A stretch of 64,000 nucleotides of DNA, from NCBI GenBank assembly GCA_964016885.1, contig OZ024741.1, positions 95,232,001 to 95,296,000 of the forward strand, in the 5' to 3' direction. Positions within the stretch are counted from its first letter, which is position 1, and every line of letters starts with the position of its first letter. The position numbers were made by a program, and so were the translations under genes. Below, piece by piece: positions 1 to 12,706 of the stretch. The notes under the pieces are model-generated. The model made no database searches. It had not been told where the DNA came from and saw only the letters and a list, made by a program, of their open reading frames with translations. The DNA is from Eledone cirrhosa. Lineage: Eukaryota.

Positions 1-142
1 AGATAAGTTAATAGTTAATGCAGAGAGTGGTAATAAATTCTAACACTTTAATTCAGCAATTTTTTCTTTAAAATATTTTAAGACATGGTATGTTTTATAC
101 TTATCTTCATTGAAGATTCATATCAAATGTTGTCTGGCTTAG

Positions 143-343
143 CCCTTTAGCATTTACATTATTTACTATTGTATTTTCACGGTAAAGGCATTACCTCACA
201 TAATATCAAATCTATAAGATTTTGATCTTATTTATTTTGAGAACAATACTTTAACGCTGGTATAAGTGGCCGGTTACACCCAGTTTGAACAGAAAGAGGT
301 GAGAGAATTTTGGCCGGATGCGGCCATTTTAAATGTTAAAGGG
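143..343. mobile_element. piggyBac-like MITE, family A
   Basis: TIRs ccctttagcattta / taaatgttaaaggg, flanked by TTAG and TTAA; homologous to 11539-11757 and 61105-61322. Confidence 0.75.
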
Positions 344-560
344 TTAAGGTGGTTTGGTTTTGGAAGAAAATGTGGTCAATGTCATTCCAAAATCAAAAAT
401 TCAAAAAATAATTAACTCTATCTATGGCACAAGGTTAGTTTAGCTAGTTAAATACTTGGGGGGAACCATAAGTCCAGCACTCCGGATATGTGCCACTTCA
501 ATCTTGTTTGATATTACTCTATATTATTGGTCATGTTATGTATAGGTGCAGTGTGACAGC

Positions 561-848
561 CAGGGCCAGCGCTTCAATATAGGCAAACTAGGCAGCCGCC
601 TAGGGTGCTGACTTCAGGGGGTGTATTTCTACAAATCAACAACAATTTTGAAAAATAAATAAATTTCAGTTTTATTGAGGGTCGGTTTTTTTTTTTATCC
701 TGGTTTATTTCATACAGAGAAAAATAATTGAAAAACATTTTAAAAAAATGTTATTGTTTATAAATTTTGAAATTGATATTTTTCTTGAAGGGTGTGTGTG
801 CAGAATCTAACTTTACCTAGGGTGCCAGATAGTCTGGCACTGGTCCTG
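561..848. mobile_element. hAT-like MITE
   Basis: TIRs cagggccagcgc / gcactggtcctg; imperfect 8-bp TSD gtgacagc / atgacagg. Confidence 0.6.
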
Positions 849-1389
849 ATGACAGGTTGTGTATAGGTGCAGTATGACAGTGAAAACGTATTGCCTCTGT
901 TTTGCTAGAGTGAATTCCAACAAGGTGGAAATAGATAATTCATGATAGTCTTAGCCCCTGGGAAATTATAGACATGATTAATAACTGCTTCTGCTTACTA
1001 TAGTTGTACTAAACTTGGTGTTGGTGGTATTGTAATAGATATGAGTTGCTGATGAATGTGTGGATGGATGGAAGAATCATTCTGAAATCAAACTGAAGGT
1101 GATTTAGATTCAGACATGGCAGGTGGAAAAAGCAGGAAAGAAACCCACCATATGAGTTATATATACTTAAAAACTGGAGTTCTGAGAGAAAAACAAAACA
1201 GGAGTTCGCATGTTCATATGATTCTCAAGGGAATTAATCAACAAAAGAGAATTATAATTGGGAATTGAAAACTAGTTTATGGACTTCACTTACTGAGATA
1301 ATATGTCCGAATGATAAATTAGTCACTTTGAATTCATGTGTCATGTTTTATTCTTTCTTTTTTTTCCTTTTCATTATTGCTTTGATCTA

Positions 1390-2150
1390 GAGAGGTGGGG
1401 AGGCTTTGCCTATTGTCTTTGCAGACTCTTGGAGGCCTGTTAATATTCCTCTAGAGAAATTACAAGCTAGAGGGAAGGAGAGGATTCCAGAGAGATTATG
1501 TTCTAGGAAGAAAGGACAGTAATTAATAGTTAGTGTAGTTCTTAGATTTGATCGATCCATTACTTTAATTTCAGTTGGTCTTTTTAAACTGTTAAAATAA
1601 ATTTAGCATGTAAGAAAGACTGGCACACTGAAGGATTTAAAAGCATGGCAAAATTAGAGGTGTCTATAGATCCCTAAATTTTTCTTTTGTGCCGACATTA
1701 CAAATAATTGAGTTTGTTGCTGTTACCATGTTACCATGTAAAGGGATTCAAATTGAAAAGTGAGAATTTACAGAATTTATACTGCTGGAAAGGTATCAAT
1801 TGTTACACAAGAATACATTGTTTTATTGAGTGAATAGCATAAAATCTCTGTGAACATGATTTATTTTACAAGAGAATTTTTAGGACGGCTTTTTTTTTCA
1901 TTTATGATCTCTAATCAGTAATCTGAACAAAAGACTCCCTACGTGTCTCATTCAGATAATCAAGGTTTAACACATATATCGGTTAGAATGTGTAAGGAAA
2001 GAATTGCAGGACAGATTTTTACAGGCTAAGCCAACTGGTAGGAAATCCAGAGGTAGACCGTAAGCAAGATGGATCATTTGGAGCCAATTGCTTCTGATAA
2101 GACTCTCTGGAAGGCTTGTCTAAGGTTTAACTGTTTAAAATATTACTGTG
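1390..2150 (-). pseudogene. Highly decayed CR1-like LINE RT/C-terminal relic
   Basis: Minus-strand remnants resemble LDxSKAFxRV and SFLPRT*SLWN; many stops. Confidence 0.4.
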
Positions 2151-2194
2151 ATACTTGTGGACAAATACCTTTTTTTAAAAAGTTTTATGTGAAT

Positions 2195-2520
2195 TGGCAG
2201 AGTTGTTAGAACTTTGGATAAAGTGCTTTGTGGTATTTTTTCCGTCTCTCTGCTCTCTCAGTTCGAATCCCACTGAGGTTAACTTTGCCTTTCATCTATT
2301 TGAGGTTGATAAAATCATATCAGTCTAGTACTGGGGGTCAATTCTTCCTCTATAACTCTTTCTCACTTCCATTTCCCTACTTTCTATCCTTCTCTGGAAG
2401 AAATCTGCTGTACTCAGGCCTGGAGAGTGGATGGGCTTTGCTGAGTTTTAAAATGGTTTAAGAAAAGCTGTATTAATATGGTGCCCCTACGACTTCCTCA
2501 GGAGTTACAGATCCTTACCA
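2195..2520 (+). mobile_element. tRNA-SINE head fused to a LINE-like 5' segment (copy 1)
   Basis: A/B boxes and ctttgcctttcatc body; collinear for about 320 bp with 41420-41735. Confidence 0.5.
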
Positions 2521-2794
2521 TACTATGTCAATGTAAAAAGGGGGATTAATCCAGCCCATCTAGATTCTAGTTGGTGTGTTCATCAGATATCCTACATTAA
2601 CTCAATAAAGACTTCAACTAGAGTTGAAACCAATCAAACCAATCCCTCTTTTCTGTCCTCAGAGAGATAAAAACATACTTGTTTATATATTTTTATGTGT
2701 GTTAGGTTACACATCACAACATTGGCTAAGATTTGTATTGTTTATCATTACATACACCAAACTATATTTTAGATTATGGAACTGCTGTTTTGTA

Positions 2795-3060
2795 CATCAT
2801 AATCATCACCGTTTAACGTCCATTTTCCATGCTAGCATGGGTTTCAAGAGTTGTCTTGTGAGATAGAACTATTCCTGGCTTGGTTTCTACAGCTGGATGC
2901 CTTTCCTAATGCCAATCACATTTACAGTGTGAACTGGGTGCCTTTTATCATGACACTAAAACGACCAGCTTATAAGGTGGACCAGATGCTTTTTGCTGTG
3001 TCACCAACATGACCATTTTACAGGTTGAACTGGGTGCTTTTTGTCATGACACACATAAAA
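2795..3060 (-). mobile_element. Old RTE-tailed element 3' end
   Basis: (GAT)n tail, terminal hairpin, ggatgcc.ttcctaa motif and repeated pseudoknot-like units; similar copy at about 13900-14190. Confidence 0.6.
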
Positions 3061-4811
3061 CATAGGCGTTTCGATTGTTGTATGGATTAGCAATGTAAGT
3101 GAAAGAAAGTAATAGATGCTTTTGATCATCGAACTTCTTAATGAAGGCTTCCTAGGGCTAAATAACCACAAAATAAACTCATTAACTTTACCCATTTATT
3201 TCTGTTCTGCAGTTTAAGAGGGCTTAGGAGAAGGCTGTGGGCATTTCCTCTCCTCTTCATACTAACTAACAAGTAAAAGAATGGAAATCACCAAGTCCCA
3301 GCTAACAGTGATTAAAATATCTTCTGAACATGGCTTTGCTATAAAAAGTCTGTTTCCTCCTTTATTTGCCTACTTTATCACACTGTATTCTGTTTCCCTT
3401 TTTGTTTAAGTGTTTATTTGGATCATCTGTTGACTACATCTCTGCTCTGCTCTTGGACTTATATTAATAACAGTTGTAACTTGCCACTTTTTACTCTCTT
3501 TCTAATCTTTGGTTCCACATTGGTCTGCTGGTTCCTGTTGTTTTCTTTTGTTTTGTTATGTTATGTTATGTTCCACTGTCCAACACGACTATTTCCGTTA
3601 GCTAGCACCTCACCTTCCCACCTCATCACCTCGCCATCTGTCTTCTAAAGAATGCTCTACCATTATGGTTACTTGTAGCGATACTTATTGTGCTTATGGC
3701 ACTCAAATTGTGTTAGAATTTGTAAGGAGAAGCTAGTGGTTATATTATATTTAAATTTATATATATTTATATATATATTTAAAGTTTTAGTCTATTTTAT
3801 TTATTTATTTAATATCCTGTTTACATTGCAATTGTTTCTTCATTGTGGTTCCACTAAGTGCCAGTGTTTGGAACATGTTTTCCAGTTCTGTTCACTGGAC
3901 TTGTTACACTATGTTTATTAGTTAGGAAGAGAGAGAAAAATACAAAAAAGGGAAAATGCTAAATATACTAGATATCTTTAATGAATCCATGATGGATGTC
4001 TACCATTCTAAGGTCTGTATTTGCATGTTATTAACGATTTTCTCTGTTGCCATCTTCGAAAGCTGGAACATTTTTAGTTATAGATTTTCTCTATAGAATT
4101 TCATTAAAAGTATCAGATTTTTTCCCCTCTCCCTCTTCATAATTTAAGTTTTCCTATTAAAATAGATCAAAAGATTAAATTCTTCAAAATACTTAAATCA
4201 GAATAGGAAAATTGAATATGCTAAGATAAATCTAAAACTCTACATAAAATCATGAAATATGTTAGTCTTTCTTTTTTTTTATTTTTTACTATTATTTTAA
4301 AGTTTTGTCATTATATCTTCTTTACATAAAAAAAATACAAAAAACTAATTGCATTACATTTTCCTGGTTTTTTAAATATAACGATGCTGCTGGTGGTGAT
4401 ACTTTTGTTGTTGTTACTGTGTTTCTTTGTCTTATTGATGATACCGAAAGTTGAGGGTTCTAATGGAAGTAATTTATCTGATTCAAAGAAAGTATGTTTA
4501 ATTGAAATAGTAAATTTTTTTTTCCATAATCTATAAGTTTGAAAGATCTTTGAAAATAATTTTTTCTTAAATTATATTGTTGCTATAATTGTTAGTATGA
4601 AGTTTCATAATAGCTGATGTTATTAAAACAGCTCCTTTTTTAAAGAATATTTCTGAAAAGTAAGGTGTTTCTAGGTTACGAATAATCTTCATTTATCTTG
4701 TTTGTATGAATCTGTCTGTGTGTGTGTGTGTCATTAATGGTGTATGTATTCTTTACTAAGGTCAGACTTGGAGTCTTGTTACTCTAGAGTTTTTCCCATG
4801 TACTCACTGAC

Positions 4812-4862
4812 TCTTGTCTGATGAACTTGTGAGTACACAGGAGAAACCCCAGATTAACAAGA
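4812..4862 (+). ncRNA. Type I hammerhead ribozyme motif (partly decayed) in a Penelope-like inverted repeat (4747-4888)
   Basis: Stem I tcttgt/acaaga, CTGATGA at 4818, stem II cttgtg-agta-cacagg, GAAA at 4843; the inverted arm preserves a palindromic stem III actctagagt with a GTA triplet. Confidence 0.7.
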
Positions 4863-4975
4863 CTCAAACTTAGCCTTAATAAAGAATATATCAGTTTCTA
4901 CTATGGTATTGAGTAGTCGTTATTATGACCACCATTACTAAGCATATATATATATATATTATTTACACACACACA

Positions 4976-5289
4976 CCATATTTGATAGCTTATAAGATAC
5001 ACTTTTTTTTTAAAGTCCCAGAAAATCACCCTCCATCTTATAAGGTCAAGGGTCAGTTTGGTTTACTAGCTAGTGGAATTCTGATGTTGCAGTGGCCTTT
5101 AAATTTAATTTTCGCACTTCCTTATGTTTTAGAATTATGATATAGAGTGATAAAAAAAAATATGATGTACAAACATTATATCCTTCACCTGACATTCATA
5201 GTTTAAACCTATTTATTTATTTTATCAATGCCTGCCCAAATTGAGTTTCGTCTTATAGCCTCATGTGTCCTATAAGCCATCAAATATGG
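4976..5289. mobile_element. Tc1/mariner-pogo-type MITE
   Basis: TIRs ccatatttgatagcttataag / cctataagccatcaaatatgg, followed by TA. Confidence 0.65.
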
Positions 5290-5727
5290 TATATCAATTT
5301 TTTTACCTTACTTTAGTCAAAATAATGTTGTAAAAAAATATACTTGTATAAAAATCAGTTCCTTTTATCTGTATTTAAGTAGTTTTTTGATTACATTTAT
5401 CAAATCAAATGGTGATAAAAATCAAAGTGAAATAAAACCCATACTATGTTACTATTTTATCTAGGTAGTTTATTTAAATCTGGCTTGATTTCATAGAATT
5501 AGTTTTACAATTTATCAATAGTTCACTTTTCTTCAGTACAACTTAAGTATAACTTAAATCAAGAAGTTTTGAAATCTGCACTGTGATTTTTGAAGTGAAA
5601 TACTCTTCTCCAGTGCTGTATTAATAATAGGAAAATTATTTATAAATGTATACTAACCCATTGTTTTACGGATGGAATAAGTAATATTAGGTTTCTATTC
5701 TAAATCATAACAAGACTATGTTTATGG

Positions 5728-5762
<35 letters not shown>

Positions 5763-5767
<5 letters not shown>

Positions 5768-6282
5768 CAGACCTAGAAAATCCTGGGACGAGCTGATAAA
5801 CTCCGACCTCACACACTTACACCTCTCCAAGACAATGTCACTGGACCGAGACCTTTGGCGGTACTCAGTAATAGAGAAGACCCGCCTTACCTAAATACAT
5901 AGTAAAACCTACTACAGCCAGTAGGCATCTCTAACAAAATACACCCCCGTCCCACCACCCACACCCCATCCACACCACCCCCTCCTATGTAAAGTTATGT
6001 TGGTGCCACAACATCCAGGCCGAAACAAATGAGATCGTGTAGGTGTCACAACAAAAAAACACACAGTCCACGCTGTAATGTGGCCGTGTAGGCAACACGG
6101 TAAAAACCTCCCAGACCCACACTGTAAATGTGGTTGGTGTTAGGAAGGGCATCCAACTGTAGAAAACCTGCCAGACAGTCCTATGCGAGCAAGACAATCA
6201 CTCTTGCTTCAAGTGGGAATACCCCCGTCCAAACCCATGCAAGCGTGGAACACGGACGTTAAACGTTGATGATGATGATGAT
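5763..6282 (+). mobile_element. 5'-truncated RTE-A copy
   Basis: Near-identical to 24420-24920; (GAT)n tail; (TA)n on both sides. Confidence 0.95.
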
Positions 6283-6620
6283 ATATATATATATATATAT
6301 ATAAAACAAATTTAATATAGAAATGGCATCTACAGGACTAGAACTGTTTCATTCGAAGCCATTTCTATTTCAAATATGTTGTATACACTCTACTAATTTA
6401 TTGAGTACCTTACTGTGGTTACCCCCGATTGAACACGGGACTTACGCGCACTTGTATGTATATATATATATATTTATTAAAATAACAGATTAAAGTTTAA
6501 GCAAAGAATCTGTTATTTTTTTATAAATATTTGCTCTAAGTTCTTATATATTTGATATATATTTATCCTTATCGAGCTCTCTTTGGATTTTAGTCTTCAC
6601 ATTTATTATTATTACTATAT

Positions 6621-6894
6621 ATCATCATCATCATTTTACGTCCGCTTTTCCCTGCTTGCAAGGGTGGGATGGGAACTGATTCTAGCTTGATTTCTACAGC
6701 TGGATGCCCTTCCTAACACCAACCTCATTTACAGTGAGTGCTGGGTGGTTTTTGGCGTGGCACCTACACGACCACTTTGCAGCTGAGTAAACTGGAGCAA
6801 TGTGAAATAAAGGAAACAACACATCACCCGGTCTGAGAATTGAACTCACAACCTTTTGATTGCAAGGCCAATGCTCTAACCACGAAGCCCTGTG

Positions 6895-6896
<2 letters not shown>
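6621..6896 (-). mobile_element. tRNA-derived SINE with RTE-type tail (family S1), internally deleted
   Basis: Homologous to 12275-12613; (GAT)n tail. Confidence 0.85.
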
Positions 6897-6949
<53 letters not shown>

Positions 6950-8739
6950 GAGAGAGAGAGAGAGAGGGGGGGGGGAGTTCAAATTACAATAATACCATAA
7001 AACAACATTATTTCATTTACTTACCCACAACTAATTATAAAGTGATACTGGTAGTAGGACTAAATACAGCTAGTCAATTTGAACACATCAATTAATGAGG
7101 CTCTAATTGCTTATTAAGTCCCAAAATGATTTGGGAAAAAAACAAATTAATATTTTAAACAAAATAAACCCACTTTAAATTTTCTTAATTTCAGACAGAC
7201 CCTGTCACCAGGATGGGAGCACTGGATGGCATTGTCCCCTTCCCTTTCTTTTCAGTGGTGCATCCCCAGATTTTGAAAATAAAGTTTATAAAAAAGATCC
7301 TGAAATACGTTCGTTATGAAATATTTCAGGTTCTGGAGTGCCCCACGACCACGAAAGCCTTGCAACAGGCCTGACTTTAGATTGTTTTTAATTATAATTT
7401 AAAAGTAAAGTTGTACAAATCAAAAATCAGCAAATTTAGCTCCTGAATTAGTGAAACTAAGCTCAGATTTATAACCCCTACTATAATAGGTTAAAATATT
7501 GGACTTAATGATCATAATATCTTAGGTTCAACTCCTGGACTGGGTAGCATGTTGTGTTCTTGAACAAAACACTTCGTTTCATATTGCTGTACCAACAGCT
7601 GATGGGAGTTAACCCTGTGATGGGCTAGTGTCATTGTACCCTCTGCCACTTAAACACCAATGAAACCAGAATATGCTCCAGACTTGGGGCAGACTTTAAC
7701 TATGTACTTGGCAAATACACCAAGATGCCAATATTTATTCAGGGAAAACAACATTTACTACTACTATAAACAGTAGGGGCACTGTTTATAATTTGTCGAT
7801 GTTTCATTAACTTATAGATAAAGAGTTGAAGGTTGTTGATTACATAGTTTGTACCCCACCTTAACAAATGTATTACCTTGTTATAATTATAGAAAACATA
7901 TTGTCCTGTATTGTCCTACTTTGTGTAAACCCTTGTGGTTAATAAAGAAAGCATTTTTATATATTAGACACAATTAGTATTATTAAAGACAGAATTTATA
8001 TAATTTATAGAGATTTGGACTAAATGTTTTGTGGTATTTAATTCCACTGAAATCAACTGAGATTTTCATCCTTTCAGAGTCGATAAAATAAAGCACCAAT
8101 CCAGTACTGGTATAATCAACTTTCCTCTTTCCTCGATTTGCTGGCCTTGTGTTGGTGCCATGAAAAATGCACCCATTACACCCTGTAAGGTAGTTGGTGA
8201 TAGGAAGGGCAATGGGCTATAGAAACCATGCCAAAAAAGGATGGAGAAGACTCTTTAGTGTGCCATGTTCACAACCTCTTTGGTGTTGTTGATCTACATG
8301 ATAAATGCACCCAGTAATTCTGTAAAGTGCTTGGTGATAGGAAGGGTACCCAACCATAGAAAAAAGAGCAAAAAACAAGGGTTAGGATGATTATTTTGTT
8401 GTGTCAAGGTTATGATAACCTTCTTAGTGCTGGTGTCATAATGAAATGCACTCTGTATAGTGTGGGAATGTATGTGAGAAGCAGAGGCCCTAGCCTGTTT
8501 GAGCAGTCAGTAGCTCCAATTAAGTACTGACTTGGTCTGTGATAATGTTGTCTAACTCCTGTTAGCATGGAGAATGATGACACACCCATCTTTTGTTTGT
8601 CATAGAATCTTCCCAGCTTCATTAAAATCCCAGGAAAATATCCAAGATCTGAAAATGTCAAAAAATTTAGAATTACAATTTTGAATCATCTCATTGTTTT
8701 TTTAAAGAGAGGCCAATGAATCTATAAATGTATGTGTAA

Positions 8740-9010
8740 GGTCGAGTTGCTTAGTTGTTAGAGTATTTGGCTCACAATTGTAAGGTCATGCATTTGATTC
8801 CCGGTGGTGTGTTGTGTCCTTGAGCAAGACACTTTATTTTGCATTGTTCTAGTCCACTCAGCTGGCAAAAATGAGTTGTACCTGTAATTCGAAGGACCAG
8901 CCCTGTCACATTCTGTGTCATGCTGAATCTCCCTGAGGACTTTAAGTGTATATGTGTCTGTGAAATGCTCAGCCACTTACATGTTAATTTCACGAGCAGG
9001 CTGCTCTGTT
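8740..9010 (+). mobile_element. tRNA/CORE-like SINE with a different tail
   Basis: Head and gtgttgtgtccttgagcaagacactt body shared with S1; 3' part matches 44190-44360 inverted. Confidence 0.6.
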
Positions 9011-9323
9011 CATTTTTCAGTTTCATGGTGGGGTGTGAACATAGGATTATCTCTCCATTCCTTTATTAGAATAGTTGAGGATTTCTGCTGGCACTTAGAT
9101 ATCACTTTACAATGGTTTCACTTTACAATAAAATTGAGTGAATCTGTAAAAATTTAGAGTAGTCCAATAGGCGAAGTGAAGAGCATTAATAGCATGTTTC
9201 TATACAAGTATGGCTCTTAGAGAAAGGACTGGAAGACTAGACAGCATAACTCTGGGTTACACCCTCAAGACTAATGACTAAAATATGTTCAAAGTTACAG
9301 GATTTATTATTATTGTGTGATGA

Positions 9324-9505
9324 GGGCGGTGGAATGGTAGAGTAATTAGAGAGTGGACAAATATTTAGCAGTATTTGTTCTGGCTCTTTTTGTTCTGAGT
9401 TCAAATCTGACCGAGGTTAACTTTGCCTTTTATCTTTCCGAGGTTGATAAAGTAAACTACCAGTCAAATTGCTGGCCTTGTGCCTAAATTAGAAATCATT
9501 ATTGT
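9324..9505 (+). mobile_element. tRNA-SINE family S2 ((ATT)n tail)
   Basis: A box, gagttcaaat B box, body motif, 3' end ggccttgtgcctaaattagaaatcattatt. Confidence 0.75.
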
Positions 9506-10853
9506 TTTATGATGTAAAATGACGATGAGGGATTGGTAGTGAGATGGGGAGAGCGGGAGAGATAGAGGCAGTGACAGTGGGAGTTTGGTTCCTTTGTATT
9601 CGGACTTAGTGTATATGAATATGTTCATGGACACACACTCACACAAATATTTTTACATTATATAGTATTACTATTACTCAAAAATAAGTATGCAAACAAA
9701 GTTTATTTCTAGGATGTGACCTATACTGTTGAGGATAAACTTTTCCTAACACAACATCAATCATATATATAGGTATATACATATATATTAGATAGTTGGA
9801 CAAATGCTTAGCAGTATTTGTTCTGGCACTTTATGTTCTGAGTTCAAATTCCTTGAGGTTAATAAAATAAAGTACTAGGCTTGATTTAATTGACTTTTTC
9901 CTAAAATAGAAATTATTATTGTTTTACAAATAGGATTTTAACTCTTGGATCATGAGTCTGTATCTGACCAATTTTGTATTTTGGCAAGTTACTCAACCAT
10001 TATTTGCCTAAGAGCTTAGTGTAAAATTAAAAAATCCTTAAGCTGTTCTATGATCAAGGGAAGATGTTTCTGCATGTCTATGTTTAATTTCAGTTCTATA
10101 AGTTTCCATTTGATTATTGATGTTTGCTCCTTTGGTGAACACACTTGGCTTCAGCTTATCATTTGTCTAAGATCATCTGCAAGTGACTACATGTATTTTT
10201 TTCTCTCATGTTTCTTTTTTCCTTTGTTTTCTCATGTTTTCCTTTGTCTTGTCATCTGTTTTTCTTTTTCTTCTCTCTTTCTTAAACCTTCACTCTTCTT
10301 TCTGTGTCTACCTTCCAATGAAGGACTAGTATCCTTAACATCAAGACTCTTTTATAACTTCTTTTAAACATTAAACTAACATACCATTATTGTAATATGT
10401 TGTTCTATGGTATTTTTGTTTTCATTTTTTTTTTATTTGTATTATCTTTAAGAAACTTGCATATTTATGGACATATTTTCCAAAATATTGTGTATGCAAC
10501 AAAAAATTATTTAATTGCGAATTAAAGGTTACAAAGGTAGTGTACAGAGTGTTGGATAGAATGTTTTGGTAGTATCATTAGAATGTCAGACAAAATGCTC
10601 TGAAGCATTTAGTTATGGCCCTGTACATTTTGAGTTCAAATCATACTAAGGTCAACTTTACTTTTATTCCTTCTGGAGGTCGATAAAAGAAAGTACCAGT
10701 TAAGTACTGGGGTTAGTATAATCGCTTTTGTACTACCAGAAATTGCTTAAATTAGAAAAAAAGGATCTTTGTGCTGTCCAAATTCCGCCAAAGGCAACTT
10801 TGCATCTCTTACTTTTGGGGGTTCATAAATAAATAGTCAAATATGTGGTTGAT

Positions 10854-10912
<59 letters not shown>

Positions 10913-10959
10913 GTCAACAAGATGGTCTTTTATAAAATAAATAAATAAAAATAAACACA

Positions 10960-11345
10960 TGGAAGTTGATTGTGGAAGATGTGTAAATGCTGGAGAGAAA
11001 CAAACCAAACATGCTCCATTGTATGTGTAACCTTAATGTGCAGGAATGGTGAAGCATGGATGAACTGCTGAGGGAAAAACTGGATGTAAGAGAAGATTGC
11101 GCTGGTATGGACATGTTATGTGTTAGGATGATGATTGTTGAATGAAGAAGTGTCAGGAATTTCAGGTGGAAGATGAAAACCGAGAAGGGGGTGGGGTGGG
11201 GGAAGAGGTGGTGAAAGCTGATCTTAAGAAACTATACCTCTCAAAGGAGATGACAAAAGAAAGAATCAAGTGGAGAGATGCTGTACAAGAGAGGATTCAT
11301 CTCACCCATGCAAGTATGGAAGAGCAAATGTGTAAATGATGATGT
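10960..11345 (+). mobile_element. Old RTE 3' fragment
   Basis: RRLRWYGHV-like motif, KADL, terminal hairpin and GAT tail. Confidence 0.65.
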
Positions 11346-11538
11346 TGATAATACTGATGATAATGATTATGATAATGGGAAATCATCTTTGTATTCTAGA
11401 AAACTTCATGACAAACACATAGTGCTTATTAAGGAATTCCCCAAGGTTTCTGTCATCAATCTGATAAGGCTAGGAAGTAAAATAAAGGTTATCTGTAAGA
11501 CACACCTAGTTATGTTCAGTTTGGGTTTTCCTATTTAA

Positions 11539-11757
11539 CCCTTTAGCATTTATATTTCTCTATATATACTATATATTTTCATGGTAAAGTCTTTATGTCA
11601 TATAATATCTCTCATAATATCGAATCTACAAGATTTTGTTATTATTTATTTTGAGAAAAATACCTTAATATTGGTACGAGCAACCGGTTATGACCAGTTT
11701 GAATAGAAAGAGGTGAGAAAATTCTGGCCAGATACGGACAGTTTAAATGCTAAAGGG
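11539..11757. mobile_element. piggyBac-like MITE, family A
   Basis: Perfect 14-bp TIR ccctttagcattta; TTAA TSD at 11535-11538 and 11758-11761. Confidence 0.9.
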
Positions 11758-12137
11758 TTAAGTAATATATATCACTTGGTGCCTATATTTAAAAACAAAT
11801 TCTTTCTCTCCCAATCTATTAGCATTCTACCTATCTAATATCTATATTTGCTTTTAATATGCAGGGAGAGAATAATAATAAATCATATTATTATATATTA
11901 AAGAAGTAAACACCATCTTGAAATATTTTTCACAAATACAAATGTAGTAAATTTTGTTTTCAATAACATGTTTTCATGTTTTAGTGACTAAAGAACATGG
12001 GTCATCTTTCTCTCCATAATGGTCAATATAGCTATTAAGGTAAGAATGATAAACACTTTTTAAGATAATTGGGTCGAAATGTTTAAAATATTGATGTTTC
12101 AATTGAACATGTATACGTATGTGTATGTATATGCATA

Positions 12138-12182
<45 letters not shown>

Positions 12183-12274
12183 ATATATATATGTGAATAT
12201 ATATGTATGCATGTTTGTGTATATGTGTGAATGTATGTGTATATACATGTGTGTGTAAATATATATGTGTGTGT

Positions 12275-12613
12275 ATCATCATCATCATCATTTTACGTCC
12301 GCTTTTCCCTGCTTGCAAGGGTGGGACGGGAACTGATTCTGGCTTGATTTCTACAGCTGGATGCCCTTCCTAACACCAACCTCATTTACAGTGAGTGCTG
12401 GGTGCTTTTTTTCCGTGGCACCTCCACGACCACTTTGCAGTGGAATGATAGGGACCTCAGTCCCTATCATCTCATTTCTACAGCTGAGTAAACTGGAGCA
12501 ATGTGAAATAAAATATCTTGCTCAAGGAAACAACACATCACCCGGTCTGAGAATTGAACTCACAACCTTTCGGTTGCAAGGCCAATGCTCTAGCCACTAA
12601 GCCATGTGCCTCC
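12275..12613 (-). mobile_element. Full-length SINE S1 (tRNA head, CORE-like body, RTE-type 3' tail)
   Basis: tRNA-like head (tggcttagtgg, gagttcaattc), pseudoknot units, terminal hairpin, (GAT)n; six copies in the window. Confidence 0.9.
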
Positions 12614-12706
12614 ATGTGTATGTGTGCGTGTATTTATGCATAAGCTATATATGTGTACACACCACACACACACACACACACACACTAAAATGGCACCATA
12701 CAGAAC

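Noticed and set aside
1049-1090. CTGATGA...GAAA hammerhead candidate
   Set aside because: Stems do not close the core correctly.
12520-12613. tRNA gene
   Set aside because: tRNA-derived SINE head; no proper acceptor stem and it continues into the SINE body.
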